Shown: piece after piece, positions 12,771 through 21,736 of the stretch
Layout: each line of letters opens with the position of its first letter
How positions within the stretch are numbered: position 1 is the first letter of the stretch
DNA from: a virus
Lineage: Duplodnaviria > Caudoviricetes
DNA length: 64,000 nucleotides
Reading direction: 5' to 3' (one strand)
Virus record (IMG/VR): IMGVR_UViG_3300021400_001324
Span: 13,830 to 77,829 of that record
Notes under the pieces: model-generated
Seen by the model: only the letters and a program-made list of their open reading frames with translations
Told to the model about the DNA's origin: nothing
The model's database searches: none
Position numbers and translations under genes: made by a program

Positions 12771-13438
12771 TGGAATACGTAAGTTATAAACATGTAGAAC
12801 CGATAACGTTATCAAAATTTGAATTAGAAAGATTCTATAATCAACCTAGATTAGATTATACAGATATATATAATCCTGACTACGGAACTAAGATTTAGAA
12901 TGATAGTTTATATGACAATTTATTAGAAACAACTCCAACTAATAATCCAACAGTATAGCAATCTACACTTTTAAGTTCCATACAAAATCATTTAGGTGAA
13001 GTTTATAACAACGCAAAACGTTTAAAATCTGGATACTCAGATTGTTCTGGTTTTGTAAATAAAGTATTTAAAGATATGGGTATAGATTTAGGAGGTGCAT
13101 CTTCAATCTACATGTATAATAAATTAACAGATCACATTAACTATGATCAAGTACAACCTGGTGATTTAGTTTTTCTTACTCCTAAACAAACACATAGTGT
13201 TGCTGGAACAAAAAGACGTGCTGGTATAGATTCTTCTCATGTTGCAATCGTGGTTGAGAAACAAGGAACGCGTATTAAAGTTGCAGAGAATACAGGTTAT
13301 AAAGGAAGATCTGATTTTTCTTGGTACGAACTTGGTGGAGCTGATAAACCAAGCGGTAATGGAGTAATTAACTATTCAAAAGGAAACAAAGGTAAAAATA
13401 AAAACGAACTTTTAGGATTTGGTAGAATTCGAGTATAA
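12770..13438 (+). CDS. NlpC/P60 peptidoglycan endopeptidase, TAG-recoded
   Basis: DCSGFV catalytic Cys, PGDLVF, HVAIV catalytic His; the Cys lies upstream of the standard-code ORF start at 13076. Confidence 0.8.
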
Positions 13439-13479
13439 AAAATCCCGAGCCTAGGATAAAACCTAAGTTCGGGATTTTT
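13438..13479. terminator. Bidirectional intrinsic terminator between convergent genes
   Basis: AAAAATCCCGAGC...GTTCGGGATTTTT hairpin with A and T tracts. Confidence 0.75.
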
Positions 13480-13483
13480 AGTT

Positions 13484-13684
13484 TTATATGATTTGTTCTT
13501 CTAACTCATTAATTCTATCTCTTAAAGCTTGTCTCTCAGCTTTTATATCTGCGTAATCTTCTTCACTTATCCAACCTTCAGCATACTTAATAGCTTTATA
13601 ATCGGATTCAAATAGCTGCCTTTTTAAATTATCAATTTCTGAAAATCTTTGTTGTTCAGCTATTTCTTCATCTGTAAGCTGCAT
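13484..13684 (-). CDS. Short tail-fibre assembly (XkdW-like) protein
   Basis: LKRQLFESDYKAIKYAEG...RQALRDRINELE; paralogue of the 13737 gene. Confidence 0.55.
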   Translation of the reverse strand: MQLTDEEIAEQQRFSEIDNLKRQLFESDYKAIKYAEGWISEEDYADIKAERQALRDRINELEEQII

Positions 13685-13736
13685 CCATCGCCAGCAGGCG
13701 GCTCATGTCAATCAACGTCTGTGTCATTTCTATTGC

Positions 13737-14183
13737 TTATGCGTCATAGTCATAGTCCTCGGGCAGTAGCCCATCATTTCCCTCTATAGACTCATCCTTA
13801 ATTACATTGCCTCCGGGATGAGCCTCATTATACTCTTCATTAGTCATCTGCTCCAGCGCGTTAATCTGGTCACGCAACGCCTGCCGCTCACGGTGCAGCT
13901 CCGCCACATCGTAGGGCGCGGCCTCACCCACGGCGGCGCACTCAGCCACCTTGATGACCTTGTAGTCCGTCTCGGCAAGCTGCATCTTGAGCGACTCGAT
14001 GCTCGCCATGCGCTCCTGCTCGGCCATGTCGCTCTCACTGGGCTGCGGAGGTGTCCACGGTAGATACCCTGCCTCTGCATACATCGCCTCGGTGGGGTTA
14101 ATCACCTGCCGACCGTCCTCCAACGTCAGCACCTTTGGGGCATAATCGCCCCGCTCGTTCTTGTAGTTGTAGTTGTATTTCAT
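13737..14183 (-). CDS. Tail-fibre assembly (XkdW-like) protein in the GC-rich cassette
   Basis: QLAETDYKVIKVAE...RQALRDQINALE. Confidence 0.6.
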   Translation of the reverse strand: MKYNYNYKNERGDYAPKVLTLEDGRQVINPTEAMYAEAGYLPWTPPQPSESDMAEQERMASIESLKMQLAETDYKVIKVAECAAVGEAAPYDVAELHRERQALRDQINALEQMTNEEYNEAHPGGNVIKDESIEGNDGLLPEDYDYDA

Positions 14184-14185
14184 AA

Positions 14186-14716
14186 TTATAGATTATCTCT
14201 ATTATCCCAATCACTTGAATCAAAAATTGTTACAGTACTATATTGGCCCCATTTTGCCTCATAGGCAGCCCTTATATTGGGTTCTACAAAGAACCGAAAG
14301 TTTGACTGCACTGACATGACACTTGGTATACTTTGCACTACATTGTCGCCCTCGACCAAAATGTTGGCTTTTCTCACACGATACCAGTGTATCTCACTGT
14401 TGCCAAATTTTGTGATATTAGGCGGCAATATGACATCCAGCCTTTCAGCATATCCCCATGCCGAGCTGACGGCAAACGTGTCAATGCTTGTGAAAAATCG
14501 CAAAGCCGTAAAGTCAAGGTTTGCGCCTATAAAATCTCCATTAGTCCTAAGATACAGTACCCCCGTCAAGGCCTCGGCCTCGCTCTTGAGCATGTAGTCT
14601 GCCCTTGTGGAGTATCCTCTATCATATAGGACTTTCATGATTATCGGGCTGCTTTCGCTCGTAATGATTTTCGGGTCATTTATTATCATCGCTCTTCTTC
14701 TCAACATCTCATTCAT
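14186..14716 (-). CDS. Hypothetical tail-associated protein
   Basis: MNEMLRRR start; degenerate LRR-like segments. Confidence 0.55.
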   Translation of the reverse strand: MNEMLRRRAMIINDPKIITSESSPIIMKVLYDRGYSTRADYMLKSEAEALTGVLYLRTNGDFIGANLDFTALRFFTSIDTFAVSSAWGYAERLDVILPPNITKFGNSEIHWYRVRKANILVEGDNVVQSIPSVMSVQSNFRFFVEPNIRAAYEAKWGQYSTVTIFDSSDWDNRDNL

Positions 14717-14786
14717 ACAACACTCCTTTCTAGGATATACAATTTACTGTTGTTATTTTTATAGTTGTAATTGTATTTCATAAATA

Positions 14787-16655
14787 TCATGAGTAAGTTT
14801 CGTTAAACTCGCTTTCTGGTTTTATTCTATCTGCTATATCAACCCACCCTGTTGCAGTTTTGTAACTTTCCAACAATGCGTCTGGAACATAGATGTCACA
14901 GGTGATGTTGGCTAGATTGGCGTTCCATGTCGTCACAACGCTTGTGTTGGTGAGGTGCAGCTTCTGCAAGTTTGTCATGCCTGAAATGTTGTTATTCAAT
15001 GTCTTTACCGCTGTATGTATGGTAAGCACCTTTAAGTTTGTCAAGCGGGCAAAGTTAAAAGAAGTCGAGTTAAAGCTCAGCTTTGTCATTGAGGCCACCC
15101 GCAAATTTGGGACACCACGATAGAACAAATATGCGCCATCATAATACCTATCAGTCGTCCTGCCACCATCCATGCGGAACTCCACGAGGTTAGGCATATT
15201 GAGAAAATTTCCTCCGGAAGAACTAGTTGCACCATAAAATACGTCTGTCACCCATTCGGGTATCACAAGCCTTGTAATGTTGGGCATCTGACCAATTGCG
15301 CCTGCAGCAATCTTTGTACATGTTTGCGGTATAACTACTTCGGTAGCAGTTCTGTTATACCAGTACAGAATTGAGCCGTCTTTGCTCCATATGCTGCCAT
15401 TCTCCATCTTGTAATAATCATTTTCACTTACTACATTACCAGATTCGTCTATAAGTTCCATTACATAGTCTTTGACAGGCAAAGATTTGTCTGTATATTG
15501 CATGTCAGTAAATGCCGCACGGTTATTAACTTGAATACCAACATCCATAAAAGGCCACCATCCATTATCTCCCTCGACTATATATCCTCCTATCTGCACG
15601 CGGTCAAGGATGTTAAATTTGAATGAGTTACCCCCATTAGCATTAGTGTATCCTACGAGTGTTGTGTTGCCAAATAGCCTGAGTAGTTTGAACCGCACAG
15701 CATTTGTATTATATCCATTATAGCTATAAGACGCATTAGCAGAGCTAATGCGAGCATTTATAAATGTCACTCTAGCAATTTCACATTGATGCCCATTTGA
15801 GCCACCAAATTGGGCGCCACTAAAATTATACCCAGGTGGGTAAGTCACAACTCTCTCGGGCATATATGATATTGGATAATTCACATTGTCCCTGTCTTTT
15901 ACATTGACAAAGTACCTTAGGTCATCTAGATTGGGTATGTTTTTGGCATCGAAGGCGTTGAAAAGTTGCGACATTCCAGTCACAGCCTCGCACTCGGCTT
16001 GTGTTATTCCGTACTTTGATTCACAAAGGCCCTTTTTGTAGAGATGTGCTACGAATGGTGCGTTGTTTCTTCTGTCTATTATATATTTTGACCAGTCAAT
16101 GTAGCTTACTTGCCTCCTCCTTAACATCGAGTTTACACTCACACCCAATACATCAGTCAAGTAGGCTGCATCATACACCATCACCTCCATCGTCAGTGTA
16201 CCCTTGAATTTCCTGCCACGGAAGTCGCCGTTCTTCCACGTGTCACCTATGGTCAACGGGCCTGTGTAGGTGATGGCACTGATATTAGCCGTAAACACAT
16301 CCCCATTGGGTGCAGTGTAGGTCAGTGTGTTGCCATCTTTCTCTACCACAACATGGTAGTTGCCACCTGTGTAGTTCTTTTTGCCCATGTTTGGATTGCA
16401 TTGGAACTGCATGTTCAGCGAGTTGGCGCCATTGATTCTGAAATTCATCCCGTGCCACGGAGAGCCACTCTCGTCTTGGCATGCAAATGCAGTTGCGAGG
16501 TCTGCATTTCCTGCCGCTGGAACAATGTCTGCCGTTATCTTCCAGTGGTCTGATTGCCACAGGAGCAATCCTGTGTTTATCGCAAAGGTGCCGTCAAGCG
16601 CAAGGTCTGTGCAATGCCATGCCGGTATATACTCTGCCATAATCAATCCCAACAA
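14787..16655 (-). CDS. Receptor-binding or tail protein with a LamG/ConA-like N-terminus and BspA-type LRR C-terminus
   Basis: VVIPQTCTKIAAGAI, LVIPEWVTDV, IYVPDALLESYKTATGW; true start may be 16640. Confidence 0.65.
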   Translation of the reverse strand: MLGLIMAEYIPAWHCTDLALDGTFAINTGLLLWQSDHWKITADIVPAAGNADLATAFACQDESGSPWHGMNFRINGANSLNMQFQCNPNMGKKNYTGGNYHVVVEKDGNTLTYTAPNGDVFTANISAITYTGPLTIGDTWKNGDFRGRKFKGTLTMEVMVYDAAYLTDVLGVSVNSMLRRRQVSYIDWSKYIIDRRNNAPFVAHLYKKGLCESKYGITQAECEAVTGMSQLFNAFDAKNIPNLDDLRYFVNVKDRDNVNYPISYMPERVVTYPPGYNFSGAQFGGSNGHQCEIARVTFINARISSANASYSYNGYNTNAVRFKLLRLFGNTTLVGYTNANGGNSFKFNILDRVQIGGYIVEGDNGWWPFMDVGIQVNNRAAFTDMQYTDKSLPVKDYVMELIDESGNVVSENDYYKMENGSIWSKDGSILYWYNRTATEVVIPQTCTKIAAGAIGQMPNITRLVIPEWVTDVFYGATSSSGGNFLNMPNLVEFRMDGGRTTDRYYDGAYLFYRGVPNLRVASMTKLSFNSTSFNFARLTNLKVLTIHTAVKTLNNNISGMTNLQKLHLTNTSVVTTWNANLANITCDIYVPDALLESYKTATGWVDIADRIKPESEFNETYS

Positions 16656-17740
16656 TTATACGTTAAACAACCAGCGTAGTCTATAACACACTCAAACCGC
16701 CTCCCAGTGGCCATCTCCATCTCCATGTCCACAGGCAGCTTAATACCGCTAGGCAGCGTCAGTGTAGTAGAATCACTTACACATGTAAACGCAAACTTAT
16801 AGAGGTCATAGTTCGTCATAGTTCCACCACTCAACGTGACCGTCAGCGCACTCACCGTACCAAAGTCACGGTATTCGTTAACCGTCAGCGCACCACTGGC
16901 CGTATTGGTGATGGGCGACACATCTTGTTTGCCTTGCAATGCCGTGTATACTCCACCGCTAGTCACCAACTTATCACTGCTATCTACAGGTACATTGTCT
17001 AACTCTGATAATGTAGATTTATGAACATAAATGGCATTCTGTGCAAAGACTGACACTACAGCATAACCGTTACTTTGAAAGTAAGGGTAAACCGATTCAG
17101 GCCCAATTAACACAACACCATCACTAAGTTCATCATCGTCGTTATTATAAGTTAAATAACCAACGTGCAATCTACTAATGATATAATCATTTTTAATCAG
17201 CCCTATTGTAAAGCTTGTGTTTCGCTGCAATGCAGCTAGGACATCAGCAGGAGAAATAGGGTTGGTTATATTCATATCTACGGCACGGTAGAAAGTCACT
17301 CTGTTGTTATTGCCAACCACTCCAACAATGGCATTATTCATATTAAGACCCATTAGGACAAGATCAACACCATTAAAATATTGTGCTAACCCATCGCTAG
17401 TAACAGGATTGCTGGAACCATAAGTCGGAGCAGAGTCAAACGTAAGTTTGTCCTATTTATCACCAAGAGCTATGTTTAACTCAGGATTGGTTACATAATC
17501 TAAATATTCTTCTTTATTTACAGTGCCTAATGACTCCCAGGTATCATTATTCCAGATAAACTATTCATAGACGTTTGGGTCTGCAATGCTAGGCATTAAA
17601 TAAAGATAACCTTCTTTTCCATACTCGGGAAGTTGTTCTACTACAACTTTCTAAGATATGGATTTAAGTATTGCATCTGTTTCTTCTTTAGTATAAAAAC
17701 ATTTAGGATGTTTTAATTCTTTTAATTCTTCTAACGTCAT
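16643..17740 (-). CDS. Tail-fibre protein; AT-rich recoded N-terminus fused to a GC-richer C-terminus
   Basis: Extends track ORF 16643..17353 through 3 TAG to ATG 17740; K*DKLTFDSAPTYGSSNPVTS and LDNVPVDSSDKLVTSGGVYTAL fibre repeats. Confidence 0.7.
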
Positions 17741-17889
17741 GCAAAGTCAAAAGCTATAGTTACTTTTCTATTATCTATTTCCTCATTTACGGAATCCCAT
17801 TCAGAATTAAACACTAGGGCATATCCTTCTACTAGCCTAGATTCTGGTGATAGTCTTAACTCTAAACTGTTGTTTCTTACTTCTTTCAT
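17737..17889 (-). CDS. 50-aa ORF resembling the N-terminus of an HK97-type prohead protease (fragment)
   Basis: MKEVRNNSLELRLSPESRLVEGYALVFNSE...; ATGA overlaps on both sides. Confidence 0.4.
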   Translation of the reverse strand: MKEVRNNSLELRLSPESRLVEGYALVFNSEWDSVNEEIDNRKVTIAFDFA

Positions 17890-18419
17890 CAATCTGTATA
17901 ATAAAAAATAATGTTGTTTAAGAATTTGTCTATCAGTTCTTCTGATTCATCATCATCACAGTCAAATGAAAATTCAGATGATGCTTGTAGGCATTCAATC
18001 AGACTCTCTGTTTTAAATGGTACATCAGGACTAAAATTTTCTATTGTTTCTTCACTAAATTGATTTTCTTCTGCTGATATTCCATAATTAAAAACTTTCT
18101 CAAAGTACTTAAAAATATCTGGTACAACTACTGGTGTTGTACTTGCTATTGAGCCACCTATATTTTTATTGGTAAATACTTTGTAAACCCCATCTTGTTC
18201 AAAAAACTGTAGTGTCCACAATGATGTAGATAGATAAAGATTGCCAACATTATTTATATTAGGGTCATTAAAATCAATTTCAAATGGTTGTACTTTAATA
18301 TATCTGATATTTGCGTTTGTCATTGTATTAGCATCAAAATCTTTGGCTGATATAGACTTCCAACCGTGTACCGCACAATTAATTAAATCGTAATCTAAAT
18401 TTGTATATTTAAGTTTCAT
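17889..18419 (-). CDS. Hypothetical protein (LDYxLIN N-terminal family)
   Basis: Intact 176-aa ORF. Confidence 0.7.
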   Translation of the reverse strand: MKLKYTNLDYDLINCAVHGWKSISAKDFDANTMTNANIRYIKVQPFEIDFNDPNINNVGNLYLSTSLWTLQFFEQDGVYKVFTNKNIGGSIASTTPVVVPDIFKYFEKVFNYGISAEENQFSEETIENFSPDVPFKTESLIECLQASSEFSFDCDDDESEELIDKFLNNIIFYYTD

Positions 18420-18475
18420 AGTTTAGCATTATAGTTAAAATAGTTATATAATGGATAATATCCGTACCCTCATAA

Positions 18476-19075
18476 TTAATTGCCTTCCTCTGTTTTAATT
18501 GGTATTACTTCATCTAAAACAAATTTCTCTGTTTTTAAATCGTATTTAAAACAGTATGCTTTCATTGCTTCAAATGGCATTTCAATAACATTGCAACTAA
18601 CGCCTTCATCGTTATTATAAAAAGTAATAGCCATACTATTACAAGGTTGTAGAGCATAGAATATAACCCAAGGATACCATCCCAAAGACGAAGCAATGTT
18701 GGTTTGATAATTCTCAATGTCTTCAGCAAAATCCATATCTTTTGCTCTCGGATATATTTTTTTACAAAAATCATAAACATTACCATTATCACAAGACGAT
18801 ATCCTTAGAACAACATTAGCAAAACCCCAAAACTATACGTCAAAATTTTTGGTTTGTAAGTCTGAACTATTATAATAAATTATACCCCTCTTTATCTCTT
18901 CTTTTTTATTCTCATAATCCAAGAATTGAAGATTAATTACTTGTGGGTTATCTTTAGTTGCGGCATACCAATTTGTATTTTCAGGACAATCTTCTATTAC
19001 TGTAACTGTTGGCTTGTTATGTGAATCTGAATTATTCTTGTTAACTGAATTAATTAAATTATAATCAAGTTTCAT
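18476..19075 (-). CDS. Hypothetical protein (MKLDYNLIN), one TAG
   Basis: Track ORFs 18833..19075 and 18476..18736 are in frame and joined by TAG. Confidence 0.7.
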
Positions 19076-19821
19076 TCGTAATGTGTATAATATGGAAATT
19101 CTGGTTGTATTATCTAATATTCATTTTCAGGATTAAACACTAAAGGTAAAAACGGCTAGTTTTTAGAATATCCTAAATTTGTGAGATCTTCTGATTCTAT
19201 ATTGTTGTTTGCATAATAAGGTATGAACCAACAATGTTTATCACCCTCTATACGATGAAGTATCATTGGAAACATTTCCTCGTGGATTAAACATTCTTTA
19301 ATATGCTATTTAAAATAGTTAATAAATTCTTCCGATTCATAACTATCAAAATCAGGATGTTGGTATTCGGTATGTTCTGGAGTAAGTAATACTGGATCAT
19401 TCACAAATAAACGTATACCTCCTACGTCTGGATCTTCAATTGCACTTACTATAATCTTTCCTATGTACTCGTCTCCAAAATCAAGATATATTGTATAAGA
19501 GTGTGCTTCCGAATTTAATTCAATGTGGTTAATGGGTATTATTAGTTGCAAACCAAAACCATCTTCAAAAAAAACAAATCCAAGCGGATAATCGTTTACA
19601 TTATAAGATTTGTTACACTCTGAGAGAACACGTTCTATCGTATCGTTAATCCCGAACGTGAACTCTTTAGCATAAGGATATGCCACAAAACTTCTAACTT
19701 TAGTTGGAGTTGCAATAGGACGCCCTTCTAAATCTGAAAAATACTCGTCTAAAATAGTAGCCGCTTCTTCCTTTTTATTAGAACTAGTAATCGTATTAAT
19801 TAAACTATAATCAAGTTTCAT
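19072..19821 (-). CDS. Hypothetical protein (MKLDYSLIN), 3 TAG
   Basis: Readthrough reaches a TGA that overlaps the next ATG. Confidence 0.7.
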
Positions 19822-20005
19822 TGTATATTATTTTCTAATTTTTAGATGTCATATCTTCTAAATGCTTTTTCTTAGGAGTTAATAAAATTCCATCTTCCTA
19901 GGCATCAGATTCGACTATACAGTCTATAATCTTTAACATTGTATCAAGTTGGTACCTCGGAAACTCCTGATGAAGCTTCTTCAGTGTTGCTATTTTGTCT
20001 AACAT
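19811..20005 (-). CDS. Small hypothetical protein, 2 TAG
   Basis: MLDKIATLKKLHQEFPRYQLDTMLKIIDCIVES. Confidence 0.55.
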
Positions 20006-20186
20006 TTTCATTCAATTTATTAGTTAACTCTTTTATCTAAGAATTTAAAGTATCTATTTGCTATAAAGCGTTATTATATTGATTTTGTAAGTAATCAATT
20101 TTCTCCTACGCCTAATTTAAAGAAAGCTCTAGTTGACTTTCAACATCAGCTAGAGCCATTCGCACTTTACGTAATTCTATTATCAT
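19944..20186 (-). CDS. Small coiled-coil protein, TAG-recoded
   Basis: MIIELRKVRMALADVESQLELSLN*A*EKIDYL. Confidence 0.5.
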
Positions 20187-20309
20187 AAATTCATTTTCGC
20201 TTGAAATCTTTCTTTATATTCTAATGGATCTGTTATTTTAGAATTATAAACATGTCCAGGTTTAATGCTGTCATAAGGGTGTATAACAGGCATTACAGAA
20301 AGCTTTTCA

Positions 20310-20537
20310 TTAATCTGTTTCAATTGCTCCAATATTTCTTGCAGTATATTCATTTTCATCCATCATTGTTATACAAGTATTTAAATCTTCATTTGCTATT
20401 TTTCTTTGTACCAATTCTATCGTTTCATTAATCCGAGTTTGGAATAACTCTAGAATCATTAACATATCTTCCCAAGTTAAATCAGAAATATCTGATAAAA
20501 CGTCATATTTCATACAAGTTATAAGCAGATCTTTCAT
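20310..20537 (-). CDS. Hypothetical protein
   Basis: 75-aa ORF on the operon strand. Confidence 0.55.
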   Translation of the reverse strand: MKDLLITCMKYDVLSDISDLTWEDMLMILELFQTRINETIELVQRKIANEDLNTCITMMDENEYTARNIGAIETD

Positions 20538-20663
20538 CCTCTTATCGATATTTCATTAAGTGTATCAAGCCACGATAGGACTTCTTGTTCATCTTGTAAT
20601 TCATTTTCTTCAATTATATCCCACACTTTGTTTGCAAGATATATAACAGTATCCATCAAGATT

Positions 20664-20969
20664 TTAGTCTACTTGTTCATAACCATCCATTTTCAGATTA
20701 TTATAAATTGATGTTATACTCCACCCAGTTTGTCTATTTATATAATGGTGAAGTACAACTTTATCTTCATCATAATTAACCTCAGAAGCTTTTCCATTCA
20801 TTTCTTTACATAAATCTTGTAAAGTTGCATTAGGCATTTCTTTTATTATCTTGAAATCTCCAGAAGTCTTCTTTGCTTTCTTCTGGAGATTCATACAGTA
20901 ATTCATTTTACCATTTAATTCATAAATTCCAGGACAAGCTGGAATATCATTAACATTATTCATAAACAT
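20664..20969 (-). CDS. Hypothetical protein immediately downstream of the suppressor tRNA
   Basis: Start trimmed to ATG 20969 because the longer track ORF overlaps the tRNA 3' exon. Confidence 0.6.
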   Translation of the reverse strand: MFMNNVNDIPACPGIYELNGKMNYCMNLQKKAKKTSGDFKIIKEMPNATLQDLCKEMNGKASEVNYDEDKVVLHHYINRQTGWSITSIYNNLKMDGYEQVD

Positions 20970-20980
20970 ATAAAAATTAG

Positions 20981-21275
20981 TCCTCCTCCTAGGATTCGAA
21001 CCTAGTCTGTCGGTTTTCGTACTACACTTGCTTTTATACAAGCCAACTAACGTGAGTTGTTGTAGTCTGGACTATTTCTTTATCCACATGGGATATTCCC
21101 TATATAGTCTCTACGCCATTTATCACAATCGTGAATTTAGTAAGCCGTCGCCAAAACTAAAGTCGCCTTTAGTGAGGTTTCCGTTTGTTAGGGGAATTAT
21201 TCGATATACATTGCTGTATAAAGCTCCATTTTACCTTTAAGAGACCGTCTTGCTAACCAATTACAACAGAGGAGA
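20981..21275 (-). tRNA. Amber-suppressor tRNA(CUA) interrupted by a group I intron between anticodon positions 35 and 36
   Basis: Acceptor TCTCCTC/GAGGAGG plus A73; D stem TTGT/GCAA; T arm CTAGG-TTCGAAT-CCTAG; removing 21018-21239 gives the 7-nt loop CT-CTA-AA. Confidence 0.85.
21018..21239 (-). ncRNA. Group I intron (222 nt, no ORF) in the suppressor tRNA anticodon
   Basis: 5' exon ends in U and intron ends in G; IGS GGAG pairs with CTCT with G.U at the splice site; P3 ATTCCC/GGGAAT; P7 GAGACTA/TAGTCC; P8 and P9 stems present; P4 pairing poor. Confidence 0.82.
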
Positions 21276-21318
21276 GAATAAACCTCTTATTTAACCTTAA
21301 GAGGTTCTTTATTATCTA

Positions 21319-21675
21319 TTACTCACCAATTGTCATTCTTAACAATTTCATAAGTGATCTTTCATCTAGTTCATTTAATACTTTCATTATTTCTTCAAGC
21401 TTCTTCATATCGGGACGCTGAGAAAGATAATCCTCCAACGTATGAATAGCTTCTTCAAGAAGTTCTCTATCTTCTAGAATAGCATCATTACTCATAGTTG
21501 AAATTTTTGCAAATACAGGATGTTCTTTATATAAATCAAGTATTTCATCATCTTCTACCAAGTCTAAAAGACCTGATGCGTACTCATACATTGCAACTGC
21601 AATATTATGATTGTACTTTTTCTGTAGTTCTATTATTTCATTTCTCATATAACAAATATAATACATTTTTTGCAA
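21319..21675 (-). CDS. Hypothetical helical protein upstream of the suppressor tRNA
   Basis: 118-aa ORF with TAA stop and no TAG. Confidence 0.65.
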   Translation of the reverse strand: MQKMYYICYMRNEIIELQKKYNHNIAVAMYEYASGLLDLVEDDEILDLYKEHPVFAKISTMSNDAILEDRELLEEAIHTLEDYLSQRPDMKKLEEIMKVLNELDERSLMKLLRMTIGE

Positions 21676-21736
21676 TAAAACAACAAATATTGCAAATTTA
21701 ACGTTTGTTAATAGTTCTTTTTAATAAACTCGTAGA

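Noticed and set aside
20900-20980. Theta (HDV-like) ribozyme at the suppressor tRNA 3' end
   Set aside because: The downstream sequence is a short AT tract running into the next ATG, with no nested double pseudoknot; none was recognised after the other tRNAs either
20970-21041. N-terminal extension of ORF 20664..21041
   Set aside because: It overlaps the tRNA 3' exon and intron; a downstream ATG at 20969 fits better
21028-21240. Track ORF inside the suppressor intron as a homing endonuclease
   Set aside because: It is antisense to the intron, only 70 aa, and has no LAGLIDADG, HNH or GIY-YIG motif
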